In this document: piece by piece, positions 57,794 to 64,000 of the stretch
How positions within the stretch are numbered: position 1 is the first letter of the stretch
Layout of the letters: each line of letters opens with the position of its first letter
From: Vicinamibacterales bacterium
GTDB taxonomy: Bacteria; Acidobacteriota; Vicinamibacteria; Vicinamibacterales; CAVVIG01
Assembly: GCA_036848175.1 (NCBI GenBank)
Contig: DAIUKO010000002.1
Span: 886 to 64,885, forward strand
Reading direction: 5' to 3'
DNA length: 64,000 nt
Translations under genes and position numbers: made by a program
Notes under the pieces: model-generated
The model's database searches: none
Seen by the model: the letters and a program-made list of their open reading frames with translations, nothing else
Told to the model about the DNA's origin: nothing

Positions 57794-59995
57794 GTGGCCT
57801 TTGATCGCGCCCTCACGCTGCGCAACGCTGAGAAGCTGATCCGGCAAGGCAAAGTCGACGCCGCGATCGCGGAATTCGTCCGCATCGTCGAGGATCAGCC
57901 GCAGGACTGGGCCGCGAAGAACACGCTCGGCGACCTCTATCTGCGCGGCGGCCAGAACGACAAAGCGGTGCAGCAGTTCGCCGAAATCGCGAACAACCTC
58001 GCCGACGAAGGCGCGACCGCGAAAGCCGGCGCGCTCTACAAGAAGATTCTCAAGCTCAAACCCGACCACGAGCACTCGCTGGTGCAGATCGCCGACATCC
58101 TCGGCGCGCAGAAGCTGTATGCGGATGCACGCGCGCACCTCAACGCGCTGATCGAGCTGCGCAAGGCGAGAGGCGACGTGCGCGGGGCGCTGCAGGCGAA
58201 GATCCGCCTCGGATCGCTCGATCCCGAAGACTATGAGGGCCGCCTGCAGGCGGTCACCGCGCGCATCGAAATGCGCGACGTCGGCGGGGCGCTGAACGAT
58301 CTCAAGGACATCGCCAGCGAGCTCACCGAGAAAGGCCGCCACGCCGAGGCGGTCGAGGCGCTGCGCGAGGGCGCCAAACTGAATCCGGACGACGAGGAGA
58401 TTCGCACACGGCTGCTCGACGTCTATCTGGCGGCCGGCGATCTCGAACGGGCCCGCGAATGCGCGACCAGCGTGGAGCAGTTCAGGAGCGTGGCGGCGGC
58501 GTTCGAAGCGCAAGGGAAGAGCGCCGAGGCGTTGGACACGCTGCGTCAGGCCGCCAATCAGCACGAGTACGACAACGCGCTGCGCGCCGAGGTGGCGCGT
58601 GCCTTCCTCGCGAAGGGGGATCTCGCGACGGCCAGCCTGTACCTCACGGTCGAAGCCGCGGGCGACGATCCCGAATTGCTGCTGACGGTCGCCGACCTGC
58701 GGCTGCGCGGCGACAACCCCGAGGAGGGGATGGGGATCGTTCGTCGCCTGCTCGAGCGGGACCCGTCCAAGCGCGAGCCGATCGCGCAGCTCGGCTGGAC
58801 GCTTGCGGAGGCGAAGCCCGAAGCGGGCTTTGCGGTCGTCGAGTTCGTGGCCGATCAGGCCGTGGCGCAGTCGGACTGGCCGGATGCGGCCGCCGTGCTG
58901 CAGGAGTTCGTCACCCGCGTGCCGAATCACATTCCGGCGTTGATGCGCCTCGTCGAAATCTGCGTCGACGGCGGCCTCGAGGCGACGATGTTCAGCGCGC
59001 AGGCGCAGCTCGCCGACGCCTACATCGAAGCTGGTGCGGGGAACGAAGCGCGCTTCATCGCCGAGGATCTCGTGGCGCGCGAACCCTGGGACAAGGCCAA
59101 TATCGAGCGCTTTCGCCGCGCACTGGTCCTGCTCGGTGAATCGGATCCGGACGGACAGATTGCGGCGCGGCTGAGCGGTGAATCACCGTTCACCAGCACG
59201 GATCTCTACGCCGATCTGTCGAGCGAGTCGGACACCGATGAAGAAGCCGAGGCGCCGCCGCAGGAAGAGACTGCGAGCGTGGAAGACCTGATGGCATCGC
59301 TGGCGCTGGCCGAGGAGGAGCCGAAGCCGGCCAAGAAGCCTGGTCGGCACAAGCTGGAAGAAGGTCTCTTCGATCTGAGCGCCAACGCGATCGATCTCGA
59401 CAGCATCCTCGGGGACTTCGACGAACCCGCCTCCCCGCCGCGACGGCCCACACCAGCCGCCGGCAACAGGGATGAAATGGAAGTCGACATCTCCCTCGAC
59501 GAAATCGAACCGGCCGGATCCGCCGTGCATCGCGCGCCCGTCCAGCCGGAGGACAGCGGTGATCTCGACGCGGTTTTCGGCAACCTGCGCGATCAGGCCG
59601 CGAAGCGGTCGGGTCTCGACGAGGCGGAAAAGGAATACAAGCGGGCGCTGTCCCTCCGATCGCAAGGCGACATCGACGGTTGCATTGCCGCGCTGGAGAA
59701 GGCCTCGCGCGCGCCGAAGCTGCGTTTCTCGGCGGCCTGGCTGATCGCGCGTTTGTACCGCGATCGCAGCATGATGCCGCAGACGCTCGAGTGGCTGGAG
59801 CGCGCGTCGCAGGCGCCGGCGCCGAACGTGGACGACGGCCATCAGCTGCTCTACGAGCTGGCCGACGGCTTGGAGAAGGCCGACGAAACCGCACGCGCGC
59901 TCGCCGTGCTCCTCGAGCTGCAGTCCGACGTTGGCTCCTATCGCGACATCGGCGAACGCATCGATCGGCTGACGAAGGTTCAGGCTCGAGGGTAG
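57794..59995 (+). CDS. TPR repeat-containing protein (733 aa) with acidic low-complexity linker
   Basis: GTG start. There are multiple TPR-like helical pairs in the N-terminal 450 aa and again at the C-terminus, with a central acidic/Pro segment. The specific function is unknown. Confidence 0.75.
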   Translation: MAFDRALTLRNAEKLIRQGKVDAAIAEFVRIVEDQPQDWAAKNTLGDLYLRGGQNDKAVQQFAEIANNLADEGATAKAGALYKKILKLKPDHEHSLVQIADILGAQKLYADARAHLNALIELRKARGDVRGALQAKIRLGSLDPEDYEGRLQAVTARIEMRDVGGALNDLKDIASELTEKGRHAEAVEALREGAKLNPDDEEIRTRLLDVYLAAGDLERARECATSVEQFRSVAAAFEAQGKSAEALDTLRQAANQHEYDNALRAEVARAFLAKGDLATASLYLTVEAAGDDPELLLTVADLRLRGDNPEEGMGIVRRLLERDPSKREPIAQLGWTLAEAKPEAGFAVVEFVADQAVAQSDWPDAAAVLQEFVTRVPNHIPALMRLVEICVDGGLEATMFSAQAQLADAYIEAGAGNEARFIAEDLVAREPWDKANIERFRRALVLLGESDPDGQIAARLSGESPFTSTDLYADLSSESDTDEEAEAPPQEETASVEDLMASLALAEEEPKPAKKPGRHKLEEGLFDLSANAIDLDSILGDFDEPASPPRRPTPAAGNRDEMEVDISLDEIEPAGSAVHRAPVQPEDSGDLDAVFGNLRDQAAKRSGLDEAEKEYKRALSLRSQGDIDGCIAALEKASRAPKLRFSAAWLIARLYRDRSMMPQTLEWLERASQAPAPNVDDGHQLLYELADGLEKADETARALAVLLELQSDVGSYRDIGERIDRLTKVQARG

Positions 59996-59999
59996 AGTC

Positions 60000-60266
60000 C
60001 TGATTCGCCGTCTCGTCTACGTCGCCTTCTTTCTCGAAGTCGGATTGCTGCTCGTCGTCCTGCCGTGGTCGGGTTTCTGGGAGCACAACTACTTCGCCGT
60101 CCGGTGGCCGCCGCTGCAATCGATCCTCACCAACAACTTCGTGCGCGGAGCGGTCACCGGCCTTGGCCTCGTGAACCTGTGCGCCGGGTTCGTCGATCTC
60201 TCGCGCGTGTTCGCGGCGCGCGAGCGTCATGACACGTCGCTGCACAACGGCAGCGGCCGCACGTGA
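60000..60266 (+). CDS. Small membrane protein, hypothetical (start uncertain; canonical TTG at 60045)
   Basis: The in-frame reading VLIRRLVYVAFFLEVGLLLVVLPWSGFWEHNYF forms a complete TM helix with RR at its N-side, but it precedes the first ATG/GTG/TTG. CTG 60000 or ATT 60003 are candidate starts. The stop overlaps the thiE start. Confidence 0.45.
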   Translation: MIRRLVYVAFFLEVGLLLVVLPWSGFWEHNYFAVRWPPLQSILTNNFVRGAVTGLGLVNLCAGFVDLSRVFAARERHDTSLHNGSGRT

Positions 60267-60862
60267 CGCGCTGCCTCGTCACCGATCGAAGACGCCTCTG
60301 TCCTGGCGCCGACTCTGCGGCGGCCGCGCTCGCGTGCCTGGTCGAGCAGGCGCGGCGCGCCACAGCGGCCGGCGTCGATCTCATTCAGATCCGCGAACGC
60401 GATCTCGAGGCCGCGGCGCTCGCGGCCCTGGTCTCCGAGATTGTCGCCGTCACCCGTGGTTCGACGACACGCGTGGTCGTCAACGACCGCATCGACGTCG
60501 CGCTGGCGTCCGGCGCCGACGGCGTGCATCTGCGAGGGGACTCGGTAGCGGTCGAAGCCGCCCGGCGTCTGCTTGCCGCACCGCTGCTGGTCGGCCGATC
60601 GGTACACAACGTTGACGAGGCGCGCGCCGCGTCAGGTGCGGACTACTTGATCGCCGGGACAGTCTTCTCGTCGCCGTCGAAGCCGGACGCGGCCGAGCTC
60701 CTCGGCCTCGACGGCTTGCGCGCGATCGTGCGCGCGACCGCGGTTCCGGTTCTAGCCATCGGCGGCATCACGTCGGATCGCATCGCCGATGTGCTTGCCA
60801 CCGGCGCCGCCGGTATCGCGGCGATCGGTCTCTTCATTGACAGTCTGAAATCGGCTTCCTAA
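60263..60862 (+). CDS. thiE: Thiamine-phosphate synthase
   Basis: LIQIRERDL, VVVNDRIDVALASGADGVHL, GADYLIAGTVFSSPSKP and PVLAIGGIT motifs. Confidence 0.85.
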   Translation: MTRCLVTDRRRLCPGADSAAAALACLVEQARRATAAGVDLIQIRERDLEAAALAALVSEIVAVTRGSTTRVVVNDRIDVALASGADGVHLRGDSVAVEAARRLLAAPLLVGRSVHNVDEARAASGADYLIAGTVFSSPSKPDAAELLGLDGLRAIVRATAVPVLAIGGITSDRIADVLATGAAGIAAIGLFIDSLKSAS

Positions 60863-60905
60863 CATAATCAGCTGGGTTCGTTGATCATCGTTCGTCAGGT
60901 TCGTC

Positions 60906-61796
60906 ATGTCTGTAGATCGGGCCCCCGGCGACTTCGGCGGCAAGCTTCGCGCAGCGCGCGAGCGGCGCGGCGTTTCGCTGCGGCAGATCGCGAACGCCAC
61001 CAAAATCTCCGTCGCCGTGCTCGAGGCGCTCGAGCGCAATGACATCTCACGGCTGCCGGGCGGCATCTTCGGGCGCGCGTTCGTGCGCTCGTACGCGATC
61101 GAAGTCGGCCTGGATCCCGAAACGACGATTCAGGATTTCATCGCACAGTTTCCCGCCGAGTCGGTCACGGTGGGCCATCCGGCAGCGGGACAGGTCGAGG
61201 ATCACGAGGCACACGAAAGCGATCGGCGGATGGCGACGACCTTCGTGCGCCTGATCGCGTTCAGCGTGCCGATTGCGATCGCCGTCGTCTACTTCGGGTT
61301 GTCGGGACGCGAGGGCGCGCAGCCGGAAGCGGCGCCTGCCGCGCCGGCCCAGACTGCGCCGCCGCCGACGAGCGTCGAGCCGCCGGCTGTGCCGGCATCA
61401 ACCGGATCGCCCGCGCCGTCGCCAACCGTGGCGGAGACGCGGGCCGCGACCACGCCGGCCTCGATCACGCCGGTGACGCCGCCCGCCGCGTCGCCGCCGC
61501 CGGCCGCACCTCCGGCGTCCGCCGCGACCGATCGGCTCACTGTCGGACTCTCGGTTACGCGTCCGTGCTGGGTCACGGCGACCGTCGACGGCCGGCGCAC
61601 GATCGACCGGCTGTTGCAGCCTGGTGAGAAGCAGACGATCGACGTCGGCAGAGATCTCACGCTGACCGCCGGCGATGCCTCGGCGGTGGCGCTGACCTTG
61701 AACGGCGCCGAGGCCAGGCCGCTCGGCGGCGCCGGCAATGTCGTGACGGTGCGGCTGAACCCGACCAACTTCAGGAGCTACGTGCAAAACCGGTGA
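60906..61796 (+). CDS. RodZ-like protein (XRE-type HTH, TM, Pro/Ala-rich linker, DUF4115-like C-terminus)
   Basis: GGKLRAARERRGVSLRQIANATKISVAVLEALERND.., a TM helix (LIAFSVPIAIAVVYFGL) and C-terminal ..CWVTATVDGR..G..LTLTAGDASAVALTLNG. Confidence 0.8.
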   Translation: MSVDRAPGDFGGKLRAARERRGVSLRQIANATKISVAVLEALERNDISRLPGGIFGRAFVRSYAIEVGLDPETTIQDFIAQFPAESVTVGHPAAGQVEDHEAHESDRRMATTFVRLIAFSVPIAIAVVYFGLSGREGAQPEAAPAAPAQTAPPPTSVEPPAVPASTGSPAPSPTVAETRAATTPASITPVTPPAASPPPAAPPASAATDRLTVGLSVTRPCWVTATVDGRRTIDRLLQPGEKQTIDVGRDLTLTAGDASAVALTLNGAEARPLGGAGNVVTVRLNPTNFRSYVQNR

Positions 61797-62578
61797 GCGG
61801 ACCAACACCACTCCTCGATTTTTTCAAGCGCGGCGACGTCTCGCGCGACGTGCGCCTGGAAGCGGCCAGCGGCACACTTGCGCCGCGGGCCGAGGAGCAG
61901 CTGCAGATTCTGGTGATGCTGCTCGAGGATCCCGACGCCGAGGTCCGGGCGACCGCGGAGGAGACGCTGCACAACATTCCGGAAGCGGCGCTGAAAGCCT
62001 TCCTCGCCCGCGCCGACGTCCCGCTCGACCTGCGCGAGTTCTTCGCGGATCGCGGCGTGTTCCCCGACGAGATGCCGGACATCACCGCCGCGATCGGCGA
62101 AGACGCGCCGCTCCTCGATGCGAGCTCGGCGGAGGAGGCTGTCGACGAGGACGAGGATCGCGAGTCGGCGACGCAGAAGCTCGCCAAGATGGGCTTCTCG
62201 GCGCGCCTGAAGGCGGCGGTGAAGGGCTCGCGCGAGATGCGCGCGATGCTCATCCGCGATCCGAACAAGATGATCGCGTCGGCAGTCTTGAGCAGTCCGA
62301 AGCTGAGCGAGCCCGAGATCGAGAGTTTTGCGAGAATGGCCAGCCTCTCGGAGGAGGTCCTGCGGATCATCGCCAACAATCGCGCCTGGACCAAGAACTA
62401 CAACGTCGTGTTGGGGCTGACGAGAAATCCGAAGACGCCGCTCGCGCTGTCGCTGAATTTCCTCCAGCGGCTCAGCGGCCGCGATCTGAATCAGGTGTCG
62501 GTCGATCGCAACGTCCCCGAACCGCTGCGCATCGCCGCGCGGAAGAAGGTGGCCGCGAACCGCGCCGGTTCCGGGTGA
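61793..62578 (+). CDS. Hypothetical protein with HEAT/LRV-like helical repeats
   Basis: 261 aa. GTG start overlaps the RodZ-like stop (GTGA). It has an acidic central linker and a repetitive helical C-terminus. I make no confident family call. Confidence 0.55.
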   Translation: MSGPTPLLDFFKRGDVSRDVRLEAASGTLAPRAEEQLQILVMLLEDPDAEVRATAEETLHNIPEAALKAFLARADVPLDLREFFADRGVFPDEMPDITAAIGEDAPLLDASSAEEAVDEDEDRESATQKLAKMGFSARLKAAVKGSREMRAMLIRDPNKMIASAVLSSPKLSEPEIESFARMASLSEEVLRIIANNRAWTKNYNVVLGLTRNPKTPLALSLNFLQRLSGRDLNQVSVDRNVPEPLRIAARKKVAANRAGSG

Positions 62579-62590
62579 GGCCGCGCCGGC

Positions 62591-62818
62591 TCAATTCCTG
62601 GCTTTGCGTGTCTTCTTCCCGCGCTTCCAGTCGGAGCGCATCTGCGCCAGGCCTTCCATGTAGACGGTGGCGCGTTCGCGCTCTTCTTCGCTCGCCATCG
62701 ATTTCAACAGGTCGAGCGCCTTCGCGAGATCGGCGTCGATCCGATCGCGCGTCGTCGAAAAGTACAGCCGGCGGATTTCAGCCAGCTTATCGTCCGACGA
62801 AAGCATTGGAAGTTTCAC
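62591..62818 (-). CDS. Small hypothetical protein (75 aa), translationally coupled to PolX
   Basis: GTG start overlaps the PolX stop (GTGA). Third-position GC is high, and the C-terminal tail is basic (KRGKKTRKARN). Confidence 0.5.
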   Translation of the reverse strand: MKLPMLSSDDKLAEIRRLYFSTTRDRIDADLAKALDLLKSMASEEERERATVYMEGLAQMRSDWKRGKKTRKARN

Positions 62819-64000
62819 GCTCGGTGCCGGCGAAGCGACGCGCGAAACTCCTCGAACGGGCGCGTGTTGAGGACGTCCGACGGCTGCAGCCAGGCGCGGC
62901 GCGCCATCAGGACACCCCAGCGCAGCCGCCCGAACGCCGTCTTCGAATGCGCGTCGGTCGAGATCACCAGCCGGGCGCCGCGATCACGCGCGAGCTTCGC
63001 GTGGACGTCGTTCAAGTCCAGGCGATCCACCTGGCAGTTGATCTCGAGTGCGACGTGGTGGCGGACCGCGGCGTCGACGACCGTCTCCGCGTCGAACGCG
63101 TACGGCGGACGTTGCAGGATCTTCCGGCCGGTCGGATGGCCGAGCACGTCGACGTGTGGATTCTCGATCGCGCGCAGCAGCCGGTCGGTCATCTGCTGGC
63201 GATCCAGGGTGAATGCCGAGTGGATCGACGCAATGACGATGTCGAGCGCGGCCAGGCAGTCGTCGGCGAGATCGAGCGACCCATCGGCCTTGACGTCGCA
63301 TTCGATGCCGGCCAGCAGCCGGATGCCGATGCCCTCGCGGTCGATGGCGCGGATACGCGCGGCGTGTTCCAGCGCCCGCCGCTCGTCGAGGCCGTTGGCC
63401 ATCGCCAGCGACTGGCTGTGGTCGGTGATCGCGACGTACTCCAATCCCGCCGCCCGCGCCGCGTCGGCCATCGTGCGCACGTCGTCTTTGCCGTCGGTCT
63501 CGGTGCTGTGCATGTGAAGGTCGCCGCGCAGGTCGGCGACGTCGACGAGACGCGGCAGCGAGTGCGTCTCGGCGGCGGCGATTTCCCCATGCATCTCGCG
63601 CAGCTCCGGCGGAATCCAGTCGAGACCGAGCGCGGCGTAGACGTCTTCTTCGCGTTCGCCGGCGAGTTTCCTGTCGTCTTCGATCGTGAACACGCCGTAT
63701 TCGTTCAACTTGTAGCCGAGACCGATCGCTCGATCGCGCAACGCGATGTTGTGGGCCTTCGAACCGGTGAAGTACTGCAGCGCGGCGCCGCGGCTGTCGG
63801 CGGCGACCAGGCGAAGATCGGCCTGGAATCCTCCCTGGACGAGCACGCTCGATTTCGTCTCGCCATGACCGAGGACGCGCTCGACGAGCCGGAACTCGAT
63901 GAAGTCGTCCATCAGCGTGGCAGGCGCCCCGGATGCCAGCAAATCGAGATCGCCGCACGTGTCGCAGCCGCGCCGCAGACTGCCGACCGGTTCGATCATC
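62815..64000 (-). CDS. polX: DNA polymerase X family protein with C-terminal PHP (3'-5' exonuclease/phosphoesterase) domain, 5' end outside window
   Basis: Pol-beta-like palm (GSLRRGCDTCGDLDLL), thumb (YFTGSKAHNIALR) and PHP motifs (DLHMHSTETDG, ITDHS, STDAH). The reading frame is open to the window edge. Confidence 0.88.
   Translation of the reverse strand, partial: MIEPVGSLRRGCDTCGDLDLLASGAPATLMDDFIEFRLVERVLGHGETKSSVLVQGGFQADLRLVAADSRGAALQYFTGSKAHNIALRDRAIGLGYKLNEYGVFTIEDDRKLAGEREEDVYAALGLDWIPPELREMHGEIAAAETHSLPRLVDVADLRGDLHMHSTETDGKDDVRTMADAARAAGLEYVAITDHSQSLAMANGLDERRALEHAARIRAIDREGIGIRLLAGIECDVKADGSLDLADDCLAALDIVIASIHSAFTLDRQQMTDRLLRAIENPHVDVLGHPTGRKILQRPPYAFDAETVVDAAVRHHVALEINCQVDRLDLNDVHAKLARDRGARLVISTDAHSKTAFGRLRWGVLMARRAWLQPSDVLNTRPFEEFRASLRRHRA

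Overview
High-GC bacterial chromosomal window. A VWFA-related protein of the type common in Acidobacteria and several Gly-rich periplasmic proteins suggest Acidobacteriota, but that is inference only. It is densely packed with core genes. I found no rRNA, tRNA, CRISPR array or mobile element. Positions 838-15822 (minus strand) read as one ~15 kb efflux super-operon: a Spy/CpxP-like LTXXQ protein, TolC, MFP+RND, a MacA-like adaptor with ABC ATPase and FtsX-type permease, then a second MFP+RND. An ECF sigma gene lies on each side. The rest is housekeeping: ispH, an ECF sigma with a ZAS anti-sigma, pckA, gatB, ftsEX, MOFRL glycerate kinase, rnr, selB, tatA (missing from the ORF track), a VWA protein, a geranylgeranyl-reductase-like protein, TonB, groESL with promoter and CIRCE, purC plus a Fis-like HTH, nrdR, an NtrY/NtrX-like sigma54 pair, an ftcD-like gene, RDD, pgpA-cinA-thpR, plsY-gpsA-ftsY-ribD-ribE-ribBA, ffh-rpsP-KH-rimM-trmD-rplS-rnhB, a TPR protein, thiE, a RodZ-like protein and PolX. 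Many long ORFs in the track are antisense shadows of real genes, as expected at high GC. I did not find a clear novel multi-gene system. The observations most worth a second look are these. (1) A 15/16-nt ECF-promoter-like motif is shared by the sigma/anti-sigma operon and the efflux operon. (2) A near-consensus sigma54 promoter sits in front of a small secreted ORF. (3) A family of intergenic elements is built from tandem heptamers in nested palindromic arrangement (GGGATTY, GTCTGAA), plus a 9-mer array. (4) Three genes have conserved N-termini that precede any ATG/GTG/TTG, including a CTGA stop/start overlap between an orphan 94-aa ORF and glycerate kinase. (5) Gly/Arg-rich low-complexity segments recur in consecutive periplasmic efflux components.
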